A DNA stretch of 64,000 bases, taken from a virus. The notes below the pieces were generated by a model, which saw only the letters and a list, made by a program, of their open reading frames with translations, had not been told where the DNA came from and ran no database searches. This document shows, piece by piece, positions 36,621 to 45,427 of this stretch. The first letter of the stretch is position 1. The number at the start of each line of letters is the position of its first letter. A program made the translations under genes and the position numbers. The stretch covers positions 25,358-89,357 of the IMG/VR virus record IMGVR_UViG_3300048588_000136, one strand, 5' to 3'.

Positions 36621-37787
36621 TTACTTCGGCGGATGTAGCGGCATCACACAATGAATGTATCCATCAGCGCCGACCAGCCTAAACAGCCCCGGTCGAGTCG
36701 GCGTGGTCGTCTCCATGACAACCTGAGGCGTGTCCACTTGCGATAGGTAGTCAATTAAGTACTTGGCATTGTACAGAATTTCAACCGGCGGGCCATCAGC
36801 GGCGCATTCAATATCGCTAGCGTTGTCGCCCATTTCGGCACCGGTGGCGGCAAGGTGCAATTTTTGTTCAGTCGGATCGACGCTGAACGCTACGATGTTG
36901 GCGTTGTCACGCGCGAACAGCAGCGCTACGCGGACGGCCTTAAGCAATGCTGCTGTATCCACCGTGGTGCGGGTGTTGTAGCTTTTTGGCACCGTCGCCA
37001 TGTAATCGGGAAACCGAGCATCAATCAACTCGCTGACCAGTTCCACACGACTGATGATACCGTTGCCGGTTAGCACGAACATCACCTGATTACGTTGCGG
37101 CGTAATCAGGCATTGCACTGGCTCACCAGCAGCAGCATCGGCGCTGATACGTGCCAACTCGCCAAGCGATTTTGCCGGCACAATGACGGTAGTCTTCTCC
37201 GGGCCGCCTTCAATCGGTATCGTCCGCACACTGAGCCGATACCCGTCTGTGGCCGCCATCTTTACGCAGTCAGGTGATAGCGTGACTTCCACACCGGTTA
37301 ATGTCGGACGGTTCTCATCGGCGCTTGCTGCGAATGTCGTCTGGTCAATCATCTTGCGCATCTGGGTAACCGGCAACATCGCCTGCGTGATGGTGTCGCC
37401 GGACGTCTCGATTATCTGTTCTGCTGGCACAATCAGCGGAAACTCAAACGCATCAATCCCCTTCATGTTCGCTTCAAAGCGTGCGCAACTGAGGTGCAGC
37501 GTCTGTGTGCGCACTGTCAGTTCCATGTCGATACGATCCGGTGGCAGGCTGTTGACGAACTCGGACAGCAGGCGGGCCGACACTGTAATCGCCCCTCCAT
37601 CTTCCACCTTGGCGCCAATCCAACAGTTGATGGCGATCTCGCGATTGGTGGCCGCCAAACGTAACTGGTTGCCCTTAGCCTCTAGCAGAATGTTGCTCAG
37701 CACGGGCATTGTCGAGCGACTGGACACGGCGCGCACGGTGATTGACAGCGCTTTGGCTAACGTTTGCTGTGTGGTTGATACTCGCAT
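36621..37787 (-). CDS. dnaN: DNA polymerase III beta sliding clamp, copy 1
   Basis: RAVSSRSTMPVLSNILL, ATDGYRLS, ARFPDY and VMP. Confidence 0.95.
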   Translation of the reverse strand: MRVSTTQQTLAKALSITVRAVSSRSTMPVLSNILLEAKGNQLRLAATNREIAINCWIGAKVEDGGAITVSARLLSEFVNSLPPDRIDMELTVRTQTLHLSCARFEANMKGIDAFEFPLIVPAEQIIETSGDTITQAMLPVTQMRKMIDQTTFAASADENRPTLTGVEVTLSPDCVKMAATDGYRLSVRTIPIEGGPEKTTVIVPAKSLGELARISADAAAGEPVQCLITPQRNQVMFVLTGNGIISRVELVSELIDARFPDYMATVPKSYNTRTTVDTAALLKAVRVALLFARDNANIVAFSVDPTEQKLHLAATGAEMGDNASDIECAADGPPVEILYNAKYLIDYLSQVDTPQVVMETTTPTRPGLFRLVGADGYIHCVMPLHPPK

Positions 37788-38093
37788 AAATTCCTTTCAT
37801 TGTGGTGGCCGTGCAGTGGCTTTTCTGTTTCTGTCCCCCACCCGCCCGGCGGCTTTGTCATCGGCTGACCGTCCTGCACATGTTCCACTAGCCACGACCA
37901 TAGGACGCCGGTAGCTAGGTTGGCAACTATAGTCATTTCATCAGGTCGTAGAGCGATGCAGTACTCCACCTCGCCTGGGCGCTCGAAGCGAATATACATG
38001 GTGTCAACAGGATGCTCTTCTACGAAGCCAGCAGAGAATACTGCTCCATTACCAGCGTACTCCTGACGTAGTAACTCAAACAGCTTTGCCATT
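37757..38093 (-). CDS. Hypothetical protein
   Basis: Likely start MAKLFELL. Confidence 0.5.
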
Positions 38094-38510
38094 TTGGGCC
38101 TTTCCTGCTGTTTCAGCGCGGTCGCAAGCTTCTTGCCAAAGCTTGAGAAAGTCGGCGTACTCCATGCGCTTCTTGAGCATGTTGACAAACTGAAAGTACG
38201 GACTAGCGGCCATATCCATACGTTCCCGATGCAACCTGTCCGTCTTCTCTCGGTTGCGGCGCTTTCTCTCGCTCTCCAGGGCAACGACGGCTGTGCGGCG
38301 GGCTTTCAGTGCAACCTCGGCCTTGCGCAGCCAACCACTGTTTTTTATGCCAGAATCACGGTAGGTGTCGTACTCTAGCCTAATTTTGTCGTCAATCTCC
38401 CTCTCTTCATTGCATAGCACCGTGATCCAGTGCTGCAACTTTTCGTCGTCCAGTTCTGAAACATCTACTACTAATTCCTGGCTAATGCGTGCTTTGACGC
38501 CCATTGTCAC
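38076..38510 (-). CDS. Hypothetical coiled-coil protein
   Basis: GAGGAG SD; WLRKAEVALK. Confidence 0.6.
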   Translation of the reverse strand: MTMGVKARISQELVVDVSELDDEKLQHWITVLCNEEREIDDKIRLEYDTYRDSGIKNSGWLRKAEVALKARRTAVVALESERKRRNREKTDRLHRERMDMAASPYFQFVNMLKKRMEYADFLKLWQEACDRAETAGKAQNGKAV

Positions 38511-38520
38511 TCCTCATTCC

Positions 38521-38943
38521 TCACTTTATCATTTTAGTGATTCTAATTAATGCCGGATTAGAACCTTCCGGTTTTTTCGGCTGCTTCTTTGCCCGCACTG
38601 GCTGCAATCGGCACTCGGCCAGTGCGTCGTTCCAAGTGTCAAAAACAACGATTTCCAGCAGTGACCACGACGGCAACAGTAGGCTACGGCGCGCGCTATA
38701 CTCCTGATTCGTTGGCGTGCGACCTAACTGGTTCGCCACCCGGATAATGTCGCCAACAGCTGCCATTTTTAACACTTGGCAGCCCTCACGATGTGTGTTT
38801 AAATCTTTCGACATTTGCGCCATGTGTCCACAGACACAGCGCCTTGTAGCGTCGGCGTGCCGCTGTAAGTACTCGGTTAGTTGCTGTAGTTGATTCGCTA
38901 GTTGCTGCAATGTTGGCTGCGATGTGGTCACTTCACGTCCCAT
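38521..38943 (-). CDS. Zn-finger + homing-endonuclease-associated repeat protein
   Basis: RCVCG...H...C; LGRTPT..EY...PS...FDTWNDAL. Confidence 0.7.
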   Translation of the reverse strand: MGREVTTSQPTLQQLANQLQQLTEYLQRHADATRRCVCGHMAQMSKDLNTHREGCQVLKMAAVGDIIRVANQLGRTPTNQEYSARRSLLLPSWSLLEIVVFDTWNDALAECRLQPVRAKKQPKKPEGSNPALIRITKMIK

Positions 38944-39396
38944 CTATTTCACCCTCCACAACTTGTCCCACTTGCGCCCATCAGGAACCACGACGAACAG
39001 TACACGATTCGCGCTCATTGACGATTTAACCTGGCGTCTCGTTAGCCCGGCGCTCTCTGCGATTTGCTTGTGCGTCAACGCATTGCGTCCCAGGCAGCGC
39101 AGAATACGTCCAAGGTGTGTATCGCCGACGCGGGCGGTTTCCGCCTCAGGCTGTGGTTGCATCTGTTCTGGTTCATCGGGATCTACTTCGCTAGTATTGT
39201 CCGCTGACAACTCGGGCATTGTCAGTAAGTTGATTCGTCCAGCCTCATGTAATGCCAGTAGACGAAAGAACTCGTCAGCGCTACACTCTAGCCAACCAAG
39301 TGGCTTGCGCTGTGGATAAACAGTGCGCACATGAGCATGTGCTATTTTGGTAGCGCCGCGGTAGACGTGGCGGCCATTGTGCGCGGATACGGTCAT
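38944..39396 (-). CDS. Winged-helix DNA-binding protein (MTVSAHN family, copy 1)
   Basis: LTHKQIAESAGLTRRQV. Confidence 0.6.
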   Translation of the reverse strand: MTVSAHNGRHVYRGATKIAHAHVRTVYPQRKPLGWLECSADEFFRLLALHEAGRINLLTMPELSADNTSEVDPDEPEQMQPQPEAETARVGDTHLGRILRCLGRNALTHKQIAESAGLTRRQVKSSMSANRVLFVVVPDGRKWDKLWRVK

Positions 39397-39398
39397 GA

Positions 39399-39941
39399 TT
39401 ACCCCCTGTGTGGCGTTGCGCCGGTTTGCCCATTATAGTGGCCGACAAAATGATACGAGAGCAGTGGTTGTTCTATCATCTGCTCAAGCTTCAACTGCAC
39501 AAGAGCATCGCCCACGTAGAGGCGCATATCCCACGGGCCTTCATTGGTAAATTCAAAGGTCGCTTGCCCGTGGAAATCAGGCTCAAAAAAGCCCGCATGT
39601 AAATGCTCAAACAGTCGTCGCCCAGTCCCTGACCGGCTCATCAATGTGCCACTGGCATCTGATGGCATCTTGATATATTCCAATGAGCAGCAGAGAGCCA
39701 CACCATGCGCTGGAACAATAATGCCGTCTTCACCGATAGTGATTTCTTCATCCCACAAGTCAGTGGCCGGGGTCTTCATGGTAATCGGCGGGCAACTGTG
39801 CGTAAGCCACCTTCGACGGGGAAAGCGAATTTTATTGCCTAGTCGAATATCAATACTGGCAGGGCGAATCAAGGATTTATCACAGGGCGTAATGCCGCCT
39901 GTGATTGCCCACTCATAAAGTTTTCTGTCATTCCAAATCAC
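39399..39941 (-). CDS. dcd: dCTP deaminase
   Basis: PASIDIRLG, SRSGTGR, AGFFEPDFHG and YNGQ. Confidence 0.85.
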   Translation of the reverse strand: MIWNDRKLYEWAITGGITPCDKSLIRPASIDIRLGNKIRFPRRRWLTHSCPPITMKTPATDLWDEEITIGEDGIIVPAHGVALCCSLEYIKMPSDASGTLMSRSGTGRRLFEHLHAGFFEPDFHGQATFEFTNEGPWDMRLYVGDALVQLKLEQMIEQPLLSYHFVGHYNGQTGATPHRG

Positions 39942-40090
39942 AGCATCTCTACCTTTCTGATTGCCAAGCCGGGAGCAACCTGGCGAATATAGCTAATCAC
40001 AGCCACGATGTCACTGTATCCACGGTACATCTGTGGCATCATCTCAGCAGGGACAAATAACACATGCCGAACGCCGTGGCTATTCCATAC
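39938..40090 (-). pseudogene. 5'-truncated paralog of 44181-44401
   Basis: GVRHVLFVPAE...YIRQVAPGLAIRKVEML*; in-frame stop just upstream. Confidence 0.55.
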
Positions 40091-40379
40091 CCAACGCTAC
40101 CATTTCCTGCCTCATGGCGTTCCAGTGGGCGCCACTGACTGTTCCAGTTGATTCCATATTCATTTCGGCGCGGTCGCAAACACGATTGTAAAACTGTTCA
40201 ACAATGGTGTTGCGCTCTGTTTCCAGTTCGACGATGCGGGTGGCCATCTCTTCAAATTCTTCGATGTAGGCCAGCAACGCAACGGGCGACAGTTTGACCG
40301 GTTCGTGTTCCTCGTATGCGGCTTCTGCCTGCCGCCGTATTAACTCGACAAATTTTTGCGTTGTGTGTTTGTATTCCAT
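40080..40379 (-). CDS. Hypothetical protein
   Basis: GAGGTG SD before MEYKHT. Confidence 0.5.
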   Translation of the reverse strand: MEYKHTTQKFVELIRRQAEAAYEEHEPVKLSPVALLAYIEEFEEMATRIVELETERNTIVEQFYNRVCDRAEMNMESTGTVSGAHWNAMRQEMVALGME

Positions 40380-40395
40380 GCTATCCACCTCTCTT

Positions 40396-40426
40396 TGTTG
40401 CGTCTCTACCCGCTCCACGAGGCGCT
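40396..40426. repeat. 31-bp dispersed repeat, copy 1
   Basis: TGTTGCGTCTCTACCCGCTCCACGAGGCGCT; one mismatch to 44845-44875. Confidence 0.9.
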
Positions 40427-41095
40427 GTTTAGTTTTTGCCACGCTGCCATGATGTTCTGACAGCTACGTTCAAAGGCGATATAAGGCATATCTTCATTGA
40501 TAGAGTTGCCTGCTTCGCTCAATTTTGGCCAGTATCGATTATTGGCGTAGCGGGCATTGCCCGGTGTCCAGAACTGACCATACTGAATCGCCATTTTTTG
40601 GGCATAGTTGCCGTCTGCACTGACAACATTCAGATAATTACACATTTCCATCTGACGCTGCGGACTACCACCCAGCAGATGCACCGGCCAGCCTGCAAAT
40701 TCCCATACTGGCACCTCTGTACCGCCAAACTTGGTCGGCACACTGTAGCCAAGCCTGACCGTTTTTCCGGCGATAACACGGGGTAACAGTTCGATGGCGC
40801 CGAAAAACTTTGGTATGATCATCACCACGTCTACCCATTGCGCTGCATCCTCTGACCATTCTAATACCTCGTCAAGTTGGTCAGGTCGTTCCAAGTCCAG
40901 CACGCTTGCCATGTATGGTCGGTGTTGCGCCAAGCACGCCATGTATTTTGTCCGGTCGGGTTTCTTCCAATCTTGATCACAAAACATCGGCGGGAAATAA
41001 ACCGTACCGGGCATCTGCGCGCCATACAGAAAACCGTGACTGATGGCTATTTCGGCAAATCGCCGGTTGCCGTTGGCGCAATAGATAATTTCCAT
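40406..41095 (-). CDS. TGT/DpdA-like TIM-barrel protein (DUF6610-like)
   Basis: LGYSVPTKFG, VHLLGGSP and SADGN resemble the HLLG...S.D signature of transglycosylase-like folds. Confidence 0.55.
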   Translation of the reverse strand: MEIIYCANGNRRFAEIAISHGFLYGAQMPGTVYFPPMFCDQDWKKPDRTKYMACLAQHRPYMASVLDLERPDQLDEVLEWSEDAAQWVDVVMIIPKFFGAIELLPRVIAGKTVRLGYSVPTKFGGTEVPVWEFAGWPVHLLGGSPQRQMEMCNYLNVVSADGNYAQKMAIQYGQFWTPGNARYANNRYWPKLSEAGNSINEDMPYIAFERSCQNIMAAWQKLNSASWSG

Positions 41096-41385
41096 ACGTT
41101 GATAATCCTGCCTGACTTGGCTTGCTCAGTGAGCGACAGTTCAAAGCCGCGCCGAACATACCATTCGTTTGACGCTAAATCGACAGGGCATTTGGCGACA
41201 ATGCAGACTGCGTTCGGTGTGCGTCTCAGCGTTTCCAGCATGGCAGATCCGGCGCCCGGTTTCTGGCTAATGATTTCGCGGATGGTCAGTTGACCATCTC
41301 TGCGTAGATGCCAGTGGCACATCGCACCGTCTACCAACAGCAGTTCACCGCGTTCGCTTGATTCGTAAAGATTTTCAAAGCACAT
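41047..41385 (-). CDS. GNAT acetyltransferase-like protein
   Basis: PGAGSAML, CPVDLASNEWYVRRGF. Confidence 0.7.
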   Translation of the reverse strand: MCFENLYESSERGELLLVDGAMCHWHLRRDGQLTIREIISQKPGAGSAMLETLRRTPNAVCIVAKCPVDLASNEWYVRRGFELSLTEQAKSGRIINVWKLSIAPTATGDLPK

Positions 41386-41600
41386 TAATACCCTCTTTCT
41401 CTCTTCGCTCTCACTACTTTCCGTGTCCGACTCGCCGTATGCCCATGATGGAATTGCCCACAGAACGGGCAGCGGTAGGCTGTGGTACGGGCGCCCGTAC
41501 GTCTACGCAAGCTCAGACTGGCGCCGATAGCATCTTCAAGCGTTGGGTAGCTGCGTTTCCATTCGCAAGCCTTTTTACGCTGATGGCGTTTGCTTGCCAT
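41385..41600 (-). CDS. Small basic Zn-binding phage protein
   Basis: C..KRSY...AYRCPFCGQFH. Confidence 0.65.
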   Translation of the reverse strand: MASKRHQRKKACEWKRSYPTLEDAIGASLSLRRRTGARTTAYRCPFCGQFHHGHTASRTRKVVRAKRERGY

Positions 41601-41608
41601 GTGGCCTC

Positions 41609-42787
41609 CTATTTCATCGGGTTCATCGGCATGATCACCATCAGATAATCGCTATCACCAACCGGCCTAATTGCGCCTGGTCGTGTCGGCTGCGTCGTCT
41701 CAATCGTGGCCTGGGCCGTAGGAACATGCGATAATGCATCTGACAACAGCCGGCCATCGAATGCAATGTTGATTTCAGCGCCTTCTACGCTGCATTCAAT
41801 TTCGCTGGTGTTGTCACCCATTTCCGCACTGGTGGCAGAGACTTGAAACACGCCTCGGTTGGGCGAATCATCGGGGCGCAATGCACAGCGGATAATGTTA
41901 GCGTTGTCACGAGCAAACAGCATGGCAACCCTGACCGCTTTCAGCAAAGCAGCGGCATCAACTGTGCAACGGGTGTTCTGGCTTTTGGGGATAGTGGCAC
42001 GGTAATCGGGAAACCGAGCGTCAATGAGTTCTGAAATAATGTCTACCCGTTTCCATTCCTTCGCACTGGTAGCGCTGAATAGCACTTGATTACGGTTGGC
42101 GCTGACAATAGCGGTGATCTCGCCGGTTGCATCGCTACAGATGCGTGACACCTCGGACAGGTTGCGACCGGGGATGATGATAGTCGCCTTTTCGCCAGCG
42201 CTTGCCTCTACGCTGCGCATACTGAGCCGGTAGCCATCGGTGGCGGCCATCGTCAATCTGCCATCCTCAAAGGTCGTTTCTACGCCGGTTAGCGTTGGCC
42301 GGTTTTCATCGGCAGAAGCGGCAAAGGTTACGCTATCAATCAGCGATGCCAACGCATTTGACGCCACGGTGTACACGTCGCCTGTAACCGTTGGCGCATC
42401 GGTTGGTTCCGGCTGATAGGTGGGAATCAGCGGAAACTCGAAAGCGTTAATACCTTTGATGTTGGCTGAATGCTTGGCACAGGTCAGGCGCAACGTCTCT
42501 GTAAGCTGTTGCAATGCCATAGTGACACGTTCATTGGGCAGGCTGTTGATAAATTCGCTTAACAGACGAGCGGGGATTGTGGTAGAGCCGGATTCCTCCA
42601 CATCGGCGGCAATCCAACAGTTAATACCAATTTCGCGGTTGGTTGCGGCGAGTCGTAAGCCGTCTCCGGTGGCATCCAGTAGAACATTGCCCAACACCGG
42701 CATTGTTGTTCGACTGGATACGGCACGGTTGACGATAGACAGCGCTTTGGCTAACGCTGATTGGTTAACGGATAATCGCATATTCAC
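41609..42787 (-). CDS. dnaN: DNA polymerase III beta sliding clamp, copy 2
   Basis: RAVSSRTTMPVLGNVLL, ATDGYRLS, ARFPDY and IMPM. Confidence 0.95.
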   Translation of the reverse strand: MNMRLSVNQSALAKALSIVNRAVSSRTTMPVLGNVLLDATGDGLRLAATNREIGINCWIAADVEESGSTTIPARLLSEFINSLPNERVTMALQQLTETLRLTCAKHSANIKGINAFEFPLIPTYQPEPTDAPTVTGDVYTVASNALASLIDSVTFAASADENRPTLTGVETTFEDGRLTMAATDGYRLSMRSVEASAGEKATIIIPGRNLSEVSRICSDATGEITAIVSANRNQVLFSATSAKEWKRVDIISELIDARFPDYRATIPKSQNTRCTVDAAALLKAVRVAMLFARDNANIIRCALRPDDSPNRGVFQVSATSAEMGDNTSEIECSVEGAEINIAFDGRLLSDALSHVPTAQATIETTQPTRPGAIRPVGDSDYLMVIMPMNPMK

Positions 42788-43073
42788 TCCCTATGGTTTT
42801 TCGAGTTGGTTTCAGTCCCGTCTCGATAATGGCATCGTTCCACGTCAAAAAAATGGTGTCGCCACAGTTTGACCAACCTGGCAACAATTTACAACGATGG
42901 CTGCTGTATTCCTGCTGTGTCGGCGTGCGACCTATCATGTTGGCGACACGCCGAATATCGCCAAGATAGGCACAGCGCATGAGTTGGCAATCTTGGCGGT
43001 GAACAATGAGCGCTTGCCGATCTCTAGCCACATATCCACACATACAGCGGTGTTCTGGATTACTCATCCTCAT
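42765..43073 (-). CDS. Zn-finger + HNH-associated repeat protein (paralog of 38521)
   Basis: RCMCG...IGRTPTQQEY...TWNDAI. Confidence 0.7.
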   Translation of the reverse strand: MRMSNPEHRCMCGYVARDRQALIVHRQDCQLMRCAYLGDIRRVANMIGRTPTQQEYSSHRCKLLPGWSNCGDTIFLTWNDAIIETGLKPTRKTIGSEYAIIR

Positions 43074-43410
43074 CCTCTATCTCATACACGATAAAATACC
43101 GATTACCTACGAGCCGCTTTCCGGTTGCTACTGCGCCCCGCACATTCCCTTTGCGAATCTGGTGATTGACCTGGCTAGGCTCGGCAATGCCTAGTCCCTC
43201 GGCAATCTCTCTGGCTGTGGCCGGGCCATGTTCCATCAGCCACGGGCGAATCTGGTCTAGCACCTGGAAGGCGCTCGGTTTGCGCAACTTTTTTAGATGG
43301 GGATTCAGTTCGTAAAACATGCTGGTGCGCGGTTCTAGGCCAGGGCTAACATTTTTAGCGAGACTGGCGCCACGCCAGACACGGCGGCTGTTGTGGGCGG
43401 ATACGGTCAT
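43060..43410 (-). CDS. Winged-helix protein (MTVSAHN family, copy 2)
   Basis: HGPATAREIAEGLG. Confidence 0.6.
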   Translation of the reverse strand: MTVSAHNSRRVWRGASLAKNVSPGLEPRTSMFYELNPHLKKLRKPSAFQVLDQIRPWLMEHGPATAREIAEGLGIAEPSQVNHQIRKGNVRGAVATGKRLVGNRYFIVYEIEDEDE

Positions 43411-43411
43411 A

Positions 43412-43756
43412 CTAAAACGCCTTTCCGCCATGCTTGTATGGACGCTCCACATTTACCTTGTGCTTGGCAAGAATGGCCTCGGCTAACGGCCAGCCGCGGG
43501 CATGGCATGTGTCCATAATGCGGATGATCGTATCGGCAAATTCAACCACAGCGCCATTGAACTCTGGACATTTGTCATCGGGAGGGTTGCCGTGACGGAT
43601 AGCCTCTAGCGCCTCGCTGAGTTCGCTGTGCATCAATGCAATCATTTCGCCATCGTTGCGGTCGGTTTCCCACCAGCCGTGATTGCGTGCATTGTGATGG
43701 ATAGCACTTGCCATCATATTAAAGCCAGTTACAAAGTCATCAGGAAAAGTTATCAC
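43412..43756 (-). CDS. MazG-like NTP pyrophosphohydrolase
   Basis: HSELSEALEA...EFADTIIR. Confidence 0.8.
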   Translation of the reverse strand: MITFPDDFVTGFNMMASAIHHNARNHGWWETDRNDGEMIALMHSELSEALEAIRHGNPPDDKCPEFNGAVVEFADTIIRIMDTCHARGWPLAEAILAKHKVNVERPYKHGGKAF

Positions 43757-44184
43757 TACTCACCTACTTTCAATTGTTCAATCTGAATTCTTGCCCATTT
43801 GAAAAACTCATCACCGCGCCCGTTGGCATAGTCATGAAGATACACCACACGCCAAACACCGACGTTGATCAACATCTTGGCGCACAGGATACAGGGAAAA
43901 TGCGTCACGTAGGCGGTTGCGCCTTTGACAGCGATGCCATGCATAGCCGCCTGGACAATGGCGTTCTGCTCGGCGTGGAGCGTGCGAACACAATGCCCAT
44001 TTACCATCAGATGCCCAACGTCATCGCAGTGGTCAAGACCGCTTACACTGCCATTGTATCCTGTGGTCAAAACACGATTATCACGTACCAACACGCAGCC
44101 GATCTGCGCTCGGTCACAGGTTGAACGTTGCGCTACCATGTGCGCAATGCCGATAAAGTAATCATCCCAACTAGGGCGACTCAC
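43756..44184 (-). CDS. dCMP deaminase
   Basis: RPSWDDYF, TGYNG, HAEQNA and PCILC. Confidence 0.92.
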   Translation of the reverse strand: MSRPSWDDYFIGIAHMVAQRSTCDRAQIGCVLVRDNRVLTTGYNGSVSGLDHCDDVGHLMVNGHCVRTLHAEQNAIVQAAMHGIAVKGATAYVTHFPCILCAKMLINVGVWRVVYLHDYANGRGDEFFKWARIQIEQLKVGE

Positions 44185-44401
44185 AGCATTTCTACCTTTC
44201 TCATTGTCAAGCCGGGGGCCTGACTGCGGATGTATTCAACGGCCTTGACTAAATCGCCGTGGCTACGATGCAAGCCGACAAATTCAGCAGGCACGAAACA
44301 CACATGCCGCAAGCCGCTGAACTCTATCACCAACACACGCTGATAGCCTGGGCGCGCCAGGGGCAGCGCTTCGCCTTCGTCTACTCGGATGATGAGCATG
44401 T
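44181..44401 (-). CDS. Hypothetical protein
   Basis: MLIIRVDEG...RHVCFVPAE; has a truncated paralog. Confidence 0.55.
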
Positions 44402-44830
44402 GGATGTTTCCTTTTTGTGATTCGCAGCATTGGGGCAAACTGACCATCCGCCTTCGCCATCACAGACACTACATACCTCTTCGTCATCTTCATCGTAGAA
44501 CAGGGGATCTTCGTCGTATAGGCTCAAGTAACCATCATCACAGCCATTCCAGCACTCTTCCCATTCCATTGATGCGCCGCAAATTTCGCACCTTCCGTCG
44601 TCATCCTGTGGGTAGCTGCATCCAAGAGCGTCATAGCACTCATTGCAAAGGTGATGCCAGTAGTTCCCGTTGGCGTCATGTACGCCATAGGGGTGTGCCT
44701 CTTGGTCTTCATCTTGGCAATGGTCACAGATTCGGACAGGAATGATGCTTTTAATCTCACCTGTACCACCAAGCGCTTTACCAAGCGTCTGCAACGTTTC
44801 TATTGTTTCTGCTTTTATTTCCTTGTGCAT
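44381..44830 (-). CDS. Cys-rich zinc-finger protein
   Basis: Multiple CxxC and CxxCxGxG motifs. Confidence 0.65.
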   Translation of the reverse strand: MHKEIKAETIETLQTLGKALGGTGEIKSIIPVRICDHCQDEDQEAHPYGVHDANGNYWHHLCNECYDALGCSYPQDDDGRCEICGASMEWEECWNGCDDGYLSLYDEDPLFYDEDDEEVCSVCDGEGGWSVCPNAANHKKETSTCSSSE

Positions 44831-44844
44831 GATTTCCTTCTTTA

Positions 44845-44875
44845 TGTTGCGCCTCTACCCGCTCCACGAGGCGCT
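44845..44875. repeat. 31-bp dispersed repeat, copy 2 (hairpin GCGCCTC/GAGGCGC upstream of an RBS)
   Basis: Direct match to 40396-40426. Confidence 0.9.
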
Positions 44876-44965
44876 ATAGGGTCGTAGCTGCGATTTGGTA
44901 CGATGGTTCGATGATGGCAATGATGTTATGAACACAGTGAGCAGCGGCGGCGACCTGGGACAACA

Positions 44966-45355
44966 TTACTTAGCTACTACTGGCAAATATAAGAAGTGCA
45001 GCGGCCGGATCACAATCGGCATCGCTGTCGGTGGCACTTGCACCGGCGTCGCTGTTGGTGTGGCCTGTGCAGTCACGGCCGGGGCAAGGCAGCGCTCGGA
45101 GCCGTCCGGCTCTACCCAACACGCTGACGGCGTTTCAGTGGGCGTTGGCGCCTGTGCCTCTGCGCTTGGGACCGGCAACAGGAACAGGAACGCCAGCACA
45201 ATCAAGGCAAATACCCAGGTGGCAATGTCGTAGCGACGGCTACACTGTGGACACGGGCCGTTGGTTGTCGTTGGGTCGTAGTAGGTGCCGCAGGCGGGGC
45301 ATTTGGCAAGCCCCATTCGCTTGCTTAAATCTGAATTGTTGAGTAACATACTCAC
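44966..45355 (-). CDS. Zn-ribbon + TM + PT-linker protein ending in a Chloroflexi-type YLPVV motif
   Basis: CPAC/CPQC; hydrophobic segment; TPTATP; FLYLPVVAK*. Confidence 0.65.
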   Translation of the reverse strand: MSMLLNNSDLSKRMGLAKCPACGTYYDPTTTNGPCPQCSRRYDIATWVFALIVLAFLFLLPVPSAEAQAPTPTETPSACWVEPDGSERCLAPAVTAQATPTATPVQVPPTAMPIVIRPLHFLYLPVVAK

Positions 45356-45427
45356 GGATCCTTTCGGCTAAACTCTGGTAAGGGTCTACGTGGCCTGGGT
45401 GTGTCAGCACTCAGGCCACAACATTTA

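Noticed and set aside
37183-37914. 243-aa plus-strand ORF (also 20345-21124, 24843-25511, 13119-13829, 52420-53049)
   Set aside because: Antisense shadows of well-supported genes.
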